Below, piece by piece: positions 19,166-28,845 of a DNA stretch of 38,126 bases. The notes under the pieces are model-generated. The model was not told where the DNA came from. It searched no databases and saw nothing but the letters and a program-made list of their open reading frames with translations. Both the position numbers and the translations under genes were made by a program. The stretch is taken from the sequence record SRR31156797_860; one strand, given 5' to 3'. Each line of letters starts with the position of its first letter. The first letter of the stretch is position 1.

Positions 19166-20050
19166 ATGAAGATAGTCTTTATTGGTTCGGTTCAATTTAG
19201 TTACCGTGCTCTTGTTAAATTGTTCAATATTAATGCAAATATAGTAGGGGTTGTTACTAAAGAGAAATCATCTTTTAATTCTGATTTTTGTGACCTTTCA
19301 GCGTTAGCAATAGCTAATGATGTTGAATACAAATATGAAACTAATATAAATTCTGTAGAATCTGTAAAATGGTTAAAAAGCTTAGCTCCTGATGTTATTT
19401 TTTGTTTTGGGTGGTCTAATTTGATAAAAAGGGAGGTCCTAAATATACCATCATTGGGGGTTATTGGATTCCATCCTACAAATCTGCCAATGAATAGAGG
19501 ACGTCATCCTTTAATATGGCCTTTAGTGTTAGGATTAAAAGAATCTGCATCGACCTTTTTTTTCATGAACGAGGGGGCTGATAATGGAGATATACTATCT
19601 CAAAAGTTTTTTGATATAGATGATCAAATGGATGCTGGAAAATTATACAATAAAGTTACGAATATCGCTTTGGAGCAAATTCAAATATTTCATTCAGAGT
19701 TGAAAAACAATTCCTATAATAGAATTAAGCAAGAGCATGCAAAATCTAATTTATGGCGAAAACGTTCTAAAAGTGATGGACTTATTGATTTTAGAATGAA
19801 TTCAAAGGCTATTTATAATTTGGTAAGAGCGCTAACAAATCCTTATGTTGGAGCACATATTGAATATAAAGGTGAGGATATCAAGGTTTGGGCTACTTCT
19901 ATTTCAGATGTTGAAATCCCAAAGAATATTGAATATGGTAAAGTTTTAGACGTTTTTAAAAATAGGATTTTAGTTAAGAGTATGGATTCTGCGATATGGA
20001 TTGATAGTCATGAGTTTAAAGTTTTACCTGAAATAGGAGAGTATTTATGA
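19166..20050 (+). CDS. Sugar N-formyltransferase (Fmt-like, N- and C-terminal domains)
   Basis: PDVIFCFGWSNLIK, GFHPTNLPMNRGRHPLIW, GADNGDILSQ and DGLIDF...NLVRAL..PY.GA. Confidence 0.88.
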   Translation: MKIVFIGSVQFSYRALVKLFNINANIVGVVTKEKSSFNSDFCDLSALAIANDVEYKYETNINSVESVKWLKSLAPDVIFCFGWSNLIKREVLNIPSLGVIGFHPTNLPMNRGRHPLIWPLVLGLKESASTFFFMNEGADNGDILSQKFFDIDDQMDAGKLYNKVTNIALEQIQIFHSELKNNSYNRIKQEHAKSNLWRKRSKSDGLIDFRMNSKAIYNLVRALTNPYVGAHIEYKGEDIKVWATSISDVEIPKNIEYGKVLDVFKNRILVKSMDSAIWIDSHEFKVLPEIGEYL

Positions 20051-20715
20051 GAAAAATTGCGGTATTAGCTGTACATCCAGATGATGAAGTTCTAGGATGT
20101 GGCGGAACATTACTTAAACATGTAAAAGAAGGTGATGAAATATATTGGATTATTGCAACATCTTTGTTTAAAGAGGATGGTTTCCCATTAGAAATAATAG
20201 ATAGGAGGAAAATGGAAATTGATAGGATTTCGAAACTTTATAACTTTAAGAAAACCTTTCAACTTAATTTACCAACAATGAGAGTTGATGAATTTTCATT
20301 TTCTGATTTAATAAGTAGAATCTCTTCGGTAATTAATGAAATTAAACCCGAAGTGTTATATCTGCCTTTTAAGAATGATGTCCATTCGGATCACAGAAAA
20401 TTATTTGAAGCTGGATATAGTTGTACTAAAAATTTTAGATATCCTTTTATTAAAAAGGTTCTAATGATGGAGACTATAAGTGAAACTGATTTTGCTGTAT
20501 CTTCGGGAGGTGAGAATTTTTCTCCTAATGTTTTTGTCGATATTTCTACCGAGTTTAAAATAAAATTGGAATCAATGAAAATATATGATAGTGAGATTAG
20601 TGAACATCCTTTTCCACGATCGTTAAGAAATATTGAAGCTTTAGCTACTTATAGAGGATCACAAGCTGGTACAGAATATGCAGAAAGTTTTATGTTACTA
20701 AAAGAAGTGTTGTAA
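20047..20715 (+). CDS. PIG-L/LmbE-family N-deacetylase
   Basis: Metal-binding motifs AVHPDDEVLGCGG and DVHSDH, plus PNVFVDIS and AESF. ATGA overlap with the formyltransferase. Confidence 0.9.
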   Translation: MRKIAVLAVHPDDEVLGCGGTLLKHVKEGDEIYWIIATSLFKEDGFPLEIIDRRKMEIDRISKLYNFKKTFQLNLPTMRVDEFSFSDLISRISSVINEIKPEVLYLPFKNDVHSDHRKLFEAGYSCTKNFRYPFIKKVLMMETISETDFAVSSGGENFSPNVFVDISTEFKIKLESMKIYDSEISEHPFPRSLRNIEALATYRGSQAGTEYAESFMLLKEVL

Positions 20716-21873
20716 ATGAGGAAAATTTGTGTTTTTACGGGAACAAGAGCGGAATATGGATTATTACGTCCTTTAATGAACCTTTTGAAGAATGATTCCC
20801 TAGTTGATTTTCAGTTGATTGTTTCAGGAATGCATTTATCCCCCGAATTTGGATTAACCGTTGAGGACATTGAACGGGATGATTTTAAAATAGATGAGAA
20901 GGTCGAAATGCTTTTAAGTTCTAGTACAGGAGGAGGAATTGTTAAGTCAATGGGAGTTGGAATGATAGGATTCTCCGATAGTCTATCTAGACTAAAATCC
21001 GACTTATTGGTCATTCTAGGTGATCGGTTTGAAGCTTTAGCAGTTGCTACATCTGCTATGATACTTGGAATTCCAATTGTTCATCTTCATGGAGGAGAAG
21101 CAACTTTTGGTTTGATAGATGAGGCTATACGTCACTCAATATCAAAAATGAGTCATCTCCATTTTACTGCAACTGAAGAATATCGTAATAGGGTAATTCA
21201 ATTAGGTGAACAACCTAAAAATGTTTTTAATGTTGGTGGTCTCGGGATGGATAATATTAAAAATATGGAATTATTATCTAAGACAGAATTTGAAAAATCA
21301 ATCTGCCTGAAATTAAATAAAAGGAACATATTACTTACTTTCCATCCAGTTACATTAGAAAATTATACAGCAAAAAACCAATTCCAAAATATTTTGAATG
21401 CTTTGGATAAATTTGAAGATACTAATATAATCATAACTAAGCCTAACTCCGATACAGATGGAAGAATCATAATAAAGATGATTGATGAATATGTTGCACA
21501 AAGAGAAAATGCTATTGCATTTACATCTTTAGGTCAACTTAGATATTTGTCTGCACTTAAATATGTTGATGTTGTTGTTGGAAATTCTTCAAGTGGTTTA
21601 GCCGAAGTTCCATCTTTTAAGATTCCAACTGTTAATATTGGAGATCGTCAGGCTGGAAGAATGAAAGCAGAAAGTATTATAGATTGTGATAATACTGAGG
21701 AAGCTATTTTATCAGCTGTTAATAAGGGATTATCCCAAAATTTTCAAAAACAATGTAAGCGTAGTATAAATCCTTATGGTGAAGGTGGGGCGTCAAACAA
21801 AATATTCGATGTAATTAAAGATGTTGATTTAACGAATATTTTAAAAAAACAATTCTATAATATTCCTTTTTAA
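20716..21873 (+). CDS. neuC: Hydrolysing NDP-sugar 2-epimerase (NeuC/LegG)
   Basis: TGTRAEYGLL, GMHLSPEFG, LGDRFE, HGGE, DEAIRHSISKMSHLHF, VGNSSSG and NIGDRQ.GR. Confidence 0.93.
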   Translation: MRKICVFTGTRAEYGLLRPLMNLLKNDSLVDFQLIVSGMHLSPEFGLTVEDIERDDFKIDEKVEMLLSSSTGGGIVKSMGVGMIGFSDSLSRLKSDLLVILGDRFEALAVATSAMILGIPIVHLHGGEATFGLIDEAIRHSISKMSHLHFTATEEYRNRVIQLGEQPKNVFNVGGLGMDNIKNMELLSKTEFEKSICLKLNKRNILLTFHPVTLENYTAKNQFQNILNALDKFEDTNIIITKPNSDTDGRIIIKMIDEYVAQRENAIAFTSLGQLRYLSALKYVDVVVGNSSSGLAEVPSFKIPTVNIGDRQAGRMKAESIIDCDNTEEAILSAVNKGLSQNFQKQCKRSINPYGEGGASNKIFDVIKDVDLTNILKKQFYNIPF

Positions 21874-21874
21874 T

Positions 21875-22927
21875 ATGAAGAATTTCGGAAAGCATATTAT
21901 TAAAGCAAGTGCTCCAGTAATTAGAGCGATTGCCAAATTGAACAATATTTCTAGTGAAAATCTTACTCTATTTGTTTGTGATAAAGATGAAAAGATGGTT
22001 GGCACACTTACGGATGGAGACGTGCGAAGAGGATTGTTAAAAGGCTTGGATATTAATTCTGCTGTGTCTGAATATATGGCAGAAGATTTTTCTTTTGTTA
22101 ATTCGCATGGCTTTAATGTCACTGAGATAAAAAAAATTAGGGATAAAGGAGTTAAATTATTACCAGGTCTTTCAAATGATGGAAAAATAATTAAGGTTTA
22201 TGACTTAGTTCGTTTGAAGTCTATTTTGCCATTAGAATGTATGATTATGGCTGGTGGGAAAGGAGAGAGGTTACGACCTTTAACTGATAAAATACCCAAG
22301 CCCATGTTGAAACTTGGAAATAGACCAATTATTGAACACAATATTGATCGTTTGATTCAATTTGGAATAGAAAAAATATATATATCTATAAAATATCTTG
22401 GTGAACAGATAAAAGATTATTTCGGGGATGGGACATCAAAAGGAATCTCGATTAAATATGTTGAAGAAGAAATGTTTTTAGGCACTGGTGGAGCTATTAA
22501 GTTAGTAGATGATTTCAAATCCAAGCATATTCTAGTTATGAATAGTGATTTGTTTACTGATGTTGACTTTGAAGATTTATATCTCAATACTCTTAAAACT
22601 AATGCTGAAATAGGGATTTCATCAATACCTTATACAGTTAACATTCCCTATGCGATATTTGAACGAGATGATAACAAGGTATTGTCTTTCAAAGAAAAGC
22701 CAAATAATACGCATTATGCTAATGCTGGTATTTATATTCTTAAAAAGGAGTTAATTGAAAGAATTCCAAAAAATGAGTTTTATAACATTACTGATTTAAT
22801 TCAAGATGTTTTAGATAATGGAGGTACAGTAATTCAGAATCCAATTTACGGATATTGGATAGATATCGGAAAGCACGAAGATTATAATAAAGCTCAGGAA
22901 ATTATGAAACATACTAACCATGGATAA
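21875..22927 (+). CDS. CBS-domain nucleotidyltransferase (PtmE-like)
   Basis: N-terminal CBS pair (GTLTDGDVRRGLL), MAGGKGERLRPLT..PKPM, LGTGGA, NAGIY and WIDIG. Confidence 0.9.
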   Translation: MKNFGKHIIKASAPVIRAIAKLNNISSENLTLFVCDKDEKMVGTLTDGDVRRGLLKGLDINSAVSEYMAEDFSFVNSHGFNVTEIKKIRDKGVKLLPGLSNDGKIIKVYDLVRLKSILPLECMIMAGGKGERLRPLTDKIPKPMLKLGNRPIIEHNIDRLIQFGIEKIYISIKYLGEQIKDYFGDGTSKGISIKYVEEEMFLGTGGAIKLVDDFKSKHILVMNSDLFTDVDFEDLYLNTLKTNAEIGISSIPYTVNIPYAIFERDDNKVLSFKEKPNNTHYANAGIYILKKELIERIPKNEFYNITDLIQDVLDNGGTVIQNPIYGYWIDIGKHEDYNKAQEIMKHTNHG

Positions 22928-23618
22928 TCAAATTAATGATACGCTCTTTATAATTCCTGCGAGAGGTGGATCAAAGGGATTACCTAGAAAGAACATCCTT
23001 CCTCTACTTGGAAAACCACTTATTTGTTATAGTATTGATGTTGCTAGGCAATTGGTTCATGATGATAATATATGCGTAAGTACTGATGATGATGAAATTA
23101 TAGGTGTTGTTGAAGATTATGGCTTGAAAGTTAATTTTATTAGACCTGCTGAACTAGCTAGTGATGAAGCTTCGACTAATGATGTAATAATACATGCGTT
23201 AAATTATTATGCAAAAAACAATAGGACTTTTGATAAAGTTGTTCTATTGCAACCTACTTCTCCATTAAGAACTGCTGATCAGGTTAATGAGGCTATCTCT
23301 TTACTTACGGGAAACGTTGAAATGACTGTATCTGTTAAAGAATCTCATAGTTCTAAAGTTATTTGTAGTGAAGATAGCAATGGTTTTTTAAATCTCACAA
23401 TTAATAATCAAGGTTTACGGAGACAAGAAGGATCAGTTTATTACGAATATAACGGTGCTATTTATGTATTAAGAGTAGATAGCTTAATGGAAAAAGGTTT
23501 GCATGGTATTACAAATAAGGTTAAATATGAAATGGATTATTTGACGTCTATAGATATTGATAACAAATTGGATTGGAAGTTGGCAGAGTTGATCATAAAA
23601 GATGAAATAAATGACTGA
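22920..23618 (+). CDS. neuA: CMP-nonulosonate synthetase (NeuA/LegF)
   Basis: IPARGGSKGLPRKN, VSTDD, RPAELASD, LQPTSPLR, NGAIY and SIDID. Confidence 0.93.
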   Translation: MDNQINDTLFIIPARGGSKGLPRKNILPLLGKPLICYSIDVARQLVHDDNICVSTDDDEIIGVVEDYGLKVNFIRPAELASDEASTNDVIIHALNYYAKNNRTFDKVVLLQPTSPLRTADQVNEAISLLTGNVEMTVSVKESHSSKVICSEDSNGFLNLTINNQGLRRQEGSVYYEYNGAIYVLRVDSLMEKGLHGITNKVKYEMDYLTSIDIDNKLDWKLAELIIKDEIND

Positions 23619-25062
23619 TAAGTTATCAATAGAATATTACGTTAAATATATTTTTAAAGGAGGTTTCATTGTTTCACTAGGGGAAATTATTGTAAAAAGT
23701 TTGGGAATTGCTTTGCTACCAATTTTCACAGTATATCTATCTCCAACAGATTTTGGGACCATTGCAATGGTTACTTCTATAGTTAGTTTTTTAAGTTTGT
23801 TATACAACCCAGGGGTTGTTTCTGCGACACAGAGATTATATTATGATACGGTTTGTGAAACTGAGAGGAAAGAAGTTATTGGTTCTTCATTTTTCTTTTT
23901 CTTAGTATTCCCCCTTTTGTTTAGTTTACTAATTGTGATTTTTGGACCATATTTATCGTTAAAACTATTTACAGATTTTGAATTTTACCCATATGGTTAT
24001 ATTGCAATAGTATTAGCTTTTTGCAACCAGCCTAAGCGTATGTGGGTTTTATTACTTTCAATTAAGCACAGAATTCAAGAGACTTCCATTTATATTGTCT
24101 TCGGGGCGTTATTATCTACTATACTTTCTTTGATTTTAGTAGTGAAATATGGTTTTGGACCACTGGGTAAAGTTTTAGCTTTAATACCATCTGCTATAAT
24201 TATTTTTTTTATATCTAATTTAACAGTTTTTCGTTTTGCAGGTTTAACGTGGTCTTGGCGGAAATTAAAAGAAATATTGAAGTTTGGTTTCCCATTAATT
24301 TTTGCAATATGGTCGTATGAAATTTTATTTATTGCGGATAGGTTTATTTTAGAAGGTATGATTGGTTCAGAGCAATTAGGAATTTACTCACTTGGTTATC
24401 AAGTTTCACAAATACCTATTTTTATTGCTATTGGAATTCGTAAAATTTGGAATCCAATTTTTTATGAAAATATGAAACATAAATCGTATGATATAGTACA
24501 GAAGTTAGTGAGAATATACGTTATATTTATTACTATAATACATATTTCAATTATCTTATTCGCTAAAGAATTAATGTTGTTTTTGGTTGATTCAAGATTT
24601 TATGGAGCTATTCCTATTATTGGAATAATAACTGCTGGTGTGTTTTTTAGTTCATTATTAACCCTTTCAAATTCATTTTTGGGGTATGAAAAAAAGTTTA
24701 AAACGACTTCGAAAATAGCATCATTAGCTGCAGTTTTAAATGTAATTTTAAATATTGTTTTGATTCCTTTTATAGGAATTATTGGTGCGGCTTTAGCAAC
24801 TTTAATTTCTTATATGGTATACTTTGGTATAGGTATTTATGTTGTCCGAAATTTTGAGAAAATATTAAAAATTAAAAAAGTACTTGCGGTTTGTTTGTTA
24901 TTTGTGTTGACTAGTATTCTGTGTGTTTTTGTATTTAAGAGCGAGGAAGTTTTCATCTCAGAAATTTTCTTTAAATTATTAATTATTGCTCTTTTTATAG
25001 GAATAATTATTAAGCTAAAAATGATAAATATCAATCAGTTAGTTGAATTTATAAAGAAGTAA
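23611..25062 (+). CDS. wzx: Oligosaccharide flippase
   Basis: About 12-14 hydrophobic segments, LPIFTVYLSPTDFG, DRFIL...LGIYS and LNIVLIP..GIIGAALAT. Confidence 0.9.
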   Translation: MTDKLSIEYYVKYIFKGGFIVSLGEIIVKSLGIALLPIFTVYLSPTDFGTIAMVTSIVSFLSLLYNPGVVSATQRLYYDTVCETERKEVIGSSFFFFLVFPLLFSLLIVIFGPYLSLKLFTDFEFYPYGYIAIVLAFCNQPKRMWVLLLSIKHRIQETSIYIVFGALLSTILSLILVVKYGFGPLGKVLALIPSAIIIFFISNLTVFRFAGLTWSWRKLKEILKFGFPLIFAIWSYEILFIADRFILEGMIGSEQLGIYSLGYQVSQIPIFIAIGIRKIWNPIFYENMKHKSYDIVQKLVRIYVIFITIIHISIILFAKELMLFLVDSRFYGAIPIIGIITAGVFFSSLLTLSNSFLGYEKKFKTTSKIASLAAVLNVILNIVLIPFIGIIGAALATLISYMVYFGIGIYVVRNFEKILKIKKVLAVCLLFVLTSILCVFVFKSEEVFISEIFFKLLIIALFIGIIIKLKMININQLVEFIKK

Positions 25063-25063
25063 G

Positions 25064-26428
25064 ATGAAAAATAATAGACCAATCTTTATACCATACGAAA
25101 CAAAGTCAAGAGAATTTGATGGAAAATTATTGCTAGTTACTCATTTGTTACATTCTGGATTTGAGAATCTTTTTATTGGTTCCAGAGGAGCAACAAAAAG
25201 AGAGGCTTTGAAACATGAAAATGGAATTTATATATTCAAAAGTTTATCGGTTAGTGATGTTAAATTTTACCAACAACTCAAAGATAGAAATTATACAATT
25301 GCTTTATTACATGTCGAAGGAGGAATACATTATAAAGAAAATAAAGACAGTATAATAAGTACTTACCCTCAAGATATTTTTAAGTATGTGGATTTTAATT
25401 TTGTTTTTGGACAAAAGATTAAAAATGATATTCTTAAATATGTGGGTGACGATATTTACGCTAAAACATATGTCTCTGGGGATCCAAGATTCGATTTATT
25501 AAAAAAACGATATAGGAATTTCTTTAAAGAAAAAAATGAAGAATTAAAAAATACGTATAAAGATTTTATACTTGTAAATACAAGTTTTAGTATATCAAAT
25601 CCTGAAATTGGTAAAAGTAAATTAATGCATTTTTTTAGAAATGAAAAAACTTTTAGTGAAGGAGCGTTGAGGAAACTCGAGGTAAAATCTAAATTTTTTG
25701 ATGGAGTATTTGAAGATTATCTAGTAGGCTTAAAGCAATGTGCAGAATCGTTTGAGGATATCAATTTTGTTATTAGACCTCATCCAAGTGAATCTGTGCA
25801 AACCTATATAGATTACTTTAAAGATACTCCAAATGTATATACTAAAAAGCAAGGAAATGTTGCAGATTGGATTTTGTCTTCTCTTGGTGTTATACATTAT
25901 GATTGTACTACTGGTTTGGAAGCTTTAATTGCAGAGAAGCCAGTTATTGCGTATGTGCCTAGAATAAATGAAGAAGTTGTAGCTTGGTTGCCAATATATA
26001 TGAGTAAATGTGCTTATTCAATAGAAGAGTTAAAGGGAGATATTGCTACAATATTGAATGCTAATTTTAAAAATGACTTATATAAAGATAGAGAACCTGA
26101 ATTTAAGGAAATTGTAAATAATGTAGGGGATATGTCTTCTAATTCTATTATCAATGAATTGAAACAAAAGCTTGAAAATTCAGATGTGTCTTTTAAACTA
26201 GATAAAAAACATTTTGTTTTGATGAATTGTAAGGCATTTATGAAATCTTTTTTGATAAAAATAGGTCTAAAAAAGAAAGATATGTCTATTTATTTAAAAA
26301 AGTTTGAGAGTTGCCGAAAATATGAAGTTAGGGAGAAAATATTGAAAATTAAAAGTATCGAAAATTATAAATTTGATTTTTCGGTAAAAAGGTGTGGTTC
26401 GGAAATGGTTTATGTAAAGCTGAAATAG
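25064..26428 (+). CDS. Surface carbohydrate biosynthesis protein; putative GT-B nonulosonate transferase
   Basis: PYETKSREFDGKLLL N-terminus, GDPRFDLL, IRPHPSE and CTTGLEAL..KPVI. It sits directly after neuA-wzx. Confidence 0.6.
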   Translation: MKNNRPIFIPYETKSREFDGKLLLVTHLLHSGFENLFIGSRGATKREALKHENGIYIFKSLSVSDVKFYQQLKDRNYTIALLHVEGGIHYKENKDSIISTYPQDIFKYVDFNFVFGQKIKNDILKYVGDDIYAKTYVSGDPRFDLLKKRYRNFFKEKNEELKNTYKDFILVNTSFSISNPEIGKSKLMHFFRNEKTFSEGALRKLEVKSKFFDGVFEDYLVGLKQCAESFEDINFVIRPHPSESVQTYIDYFKDTPNVYTKKQGNVADWILSSLGVIHYDCTTGLEALIAEKPVIAYVPRINEEVVAWLPIYMSKCAYSIEELKGDIATILNANFKNDLYKDREPEFKEIVNNVGDMSSNSIINELKQKLENSDVSFKLDKKHFVLMNCKAFMKSFLIKIGLKKKDMSIYLKKFESCRKYEVREKILKIKSIENYKFDFSVKRCGSEMVYVKLK

Positions 26429-26443
26429 TAATTTGTTAAGTGT

Positions 26444-27664
26444 ATGAATGAAAAGAATCTAAACTCATTTTTAAAATTAGGTTATTTTTTAGATTATCAA
26501 TGTTCAGACTTTGATTTTTCCGGTATTGATAAGGAGAAATATTCTGTCGTGTCCGAGCAGGATTTAATCGAAATTGGTTCTAAAATTTGGTTTAATACAA
26601 TCGAAAGTAAATTTGAAAAGAATCAATCCCATTTAATACCTTTGAGTGGTGGATTAGATTGTAGAGCTATTTTGGCGGCAATGCTTGAGTTTACTCACGC
26701 AAGTAATATTAGCACATATACTTTTGGGACTCCTGGAACTTATGATTTTGAAATTGGAAGAAAATTAGCAAAAAAAATAGGTGTCAAACACGTTAGTTAT
26801 CCTCTTACCGAATACATGTTTTCTATTGAAGAAGAACTTGATTTTTCAAAGAGAAGTGATTGTCAAAATCTGGTGTTTTTACATCCTCCAATAACAAAAT
26901 TATTAAAAGAATTTGATGGAGCTAAAGTATGGTCGGGCTATGGCGGTGATAATATTGTTGGTGGTCACATGTCTCCTAAAACTTTTAATACTGATGCAGA
27001 ATTAAAAAATGAGTTTGTTAAGAAAAATACATTTGTCAAATCAACGAATTTGACAAATATTAGTGGTAATGAAATTCATTCGCTAATTTCAACTCAATTT
27101 ATTAATGCAAATGATCTAACAAAATGGGAGCAAATGGATTTTAATAATCGACAAAGGAAGTATGTAGAGCCTCATGTATTGTTTAAAGGCTTTGAATATA
27201 TTACCCCTTTTATTGATACACCTTGGTATGATTTTATGTTGAGTGTAGATAACGTTCAACGAAGAGATGCAATGCTATATAAAAAAATACTAATGCAAAC
27301 ATTTCCAAAAATTTTTAATTACCCCATTTCTGGTAATTTAGGATTACCTATGAATGCTTCTAAATCTAGACTTTTTGCCAGAAGATTGGCAAATAGAGCA
27401 AAAATGGAAATTTCAAAAATCCATCCATTTTTTGTCAATCCAAAAACGAATTATTTTGATATTAATGAAGCTTTAAGAAGTAAACAAGATCTTAAAAAAT
27501 TAGTTAGAAATTGTGTAATGGATTTAAAGTTACGTAAAATTGTAAACTGGATAGATATTGATAAGATTTGGAGAAATCATCAGAATAAATCAGGAAATTA
27601 TGCAGATGCATTATTAGTTTTAGCATCCTTAGAAATTCATTTAAAAAACGGCAAACAAATATGA
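26444..27664 (+). CDS. Asparagine-synthetase-like ATP pyrophosphatase (synthetase domain only)
   Basis: PLSGGLDCR PP-loop, YTFG, SGYGGDNIVGG and TPFID. No N-terminal Cys/Ntn glutaminase domain. Confidence 0.75.
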   Translation: MNEKNLNSFLKLGYFLDYQCSDFDFSGIDKEKYSVVSEQDLIEIGSKIWFNTIESKFEKNQSHLIPLSGGLDCRAILAAMLEFTHASNISTYTFGTPGTYDFEIGRKLAKKIGVKHVSYPLTEYMFSIEEELDFSKRSDCQNLVFLHPPITKLLKEFDGAKVWSGYGGDNIVGGHMSPKTFNTDAELKNEFVKKNTFVKSTNLTNISGNEIHSLISTQFINANDLTKWEQMDFNNRQRKYVEPHVLFKGFEYITPFIDTPWYDFMLSVDNVQRRDAMLYKKILMQTFPKIFNYPISGNLGLPMNASKSRLFARRLANRAKMEISKIHPFFVNPKTNYFDINEALRSKQDLKKLVRNCVMDLKLRKIVNWIDIDKIWRNHQNKSGNYADALLVLASLEIHLKNGKQI

Positions 27665-28845
27665 TATTACTTCCTATATTACTTTTCCTTATTGTATTAT
27701 TATTACAATTTAGAACTATTCTTAGGAACAGTCAATATTTTTATATATTTATTTTTTCATTATTCGTTAAATTATTTTTTTTAGTACTAAGTGAATTTGG
27801 AGTTATTATTCCAGTTGATGGTGGAGGAGATGCTATTGGTTTTATTCGAGAGTCATTTAGACTTTATGAGTCATATGATCTGATTGATATATTAACTAAA
27901 GATTTATCTGGAAAATTTGGTACATATCCGCTTTTTTTAAATGTGATTTATAAATTAATATATCCTAGTCATCTAGTGATGCTATTGATAAATATTTTAT
28001 TGCATAATTCAATAATTTTATTGATGGCAAGAATTTTAGAATATCTATCTCTGTCGAAGATAAAAAAGAAGATTTTAATGCTTCTTGTTGCTTTCTTTCC
28101 TATTATAATTAGTTATAGTATTATCCTGCTTAGAGAAATAATTTATATATGGTTTGTTACTTATCTGTGCTATCAGTTTTTCTATTATAATCAAAATAAT
28201 AGATTGCCTAATTCGATTTTTTTAACTCTTGCAATTTCTACTCTAGTTATTATTTTGCATCCAGGAAATATAACTTTACTAGTAGGTAGTTATTTTTTAT
28301 TTTTTAAACTTAATAAAATTGTAAAAATAGTATCAATTGGGCTCGTATTTATTCTTGGAATGAGCTTATTTATAAGCGGACAGTTTGGCGGAGGATATGG
28401 AAATAAATTTAGATCAAAAGATAATACTATAATTCTTCAAGCTATTAATTTAAGTAGAGAAAATTCTTCAGCATATTATGAAAAATTTTATACAAATAGT
28501 TTTGTTAATAATGTTTTTTATGCATTTCCGATAGATTTCATAAATTTTTTTTACCGACCATTTGTTTTTCCTATTTCAAATATCTATAAAAGAATGTTAC
28601 GTTATCCTTATGGATTAATATCTCTGTATCTATCATTTTTGTTATTGAAAAAATTTAAATATATGAATAGTTTTGAGAAAAAATTTTTATGGTTTCTAAT
28701 TATAGGTATTTTACCTTTTGTAATAGGTTCAGGTGATTTATTTCAAGCGGTAAGACATAGAATGAACTTTTTCACATTGTATGTAATTTTAATAGCGATC
28801 CTATTACAAAAAAATAAGTTATACAACCAGAAGTATGTCAGATAA
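27661..28845 (+). CDS. wzy: Putative O-antigen/capsule polymerase
   Basis: About 10-11 hydrophobic segments with a large late loop, very AT-rich, placed among the GT genes. No diagnostic motif is available. Confidence 0.7.
   Translation: MILLPILLFLIVLLLQFRTILRNSQYFYIFIFSLFVKLFFLVLSEFGVIIPVDGGGDAIGFIRESFRLYESYDLIDILTKDLSGKFGTYPLFLNVIYKLIYPSHLVMLLINILLHNSIILLMARILEYLSLSKIKKKILMLLVAFFPIIISYSIILLREIIYIWFVTYLCYQFFYYNQNNRLPNSIFLTLAISTLVIILHPGNITLLVGSYFLFFKLNKIVKIVSIGLVFILGMSLFISGQFGGGYGNKFRSKDNTIILQAINLSRENSSAYYEKFYTNSFVNNVFYAFPIDFINFFYRPFVFPISNIYKRMLRYPYGLISLYLSFLLLKKFKYMNSFEKKFLWFLIIGILPFVIGSGDLFQAVRHRMNFFTLYVILIAILLQKNKLYNQKYVR

Noticed and set aside
19556-19563. T8 in the formyltransferase (and A8 at 8302-8309) as phase-variable tracts
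   Set aside because: A/T runs of this length are expected in AT-rich coding DNA.
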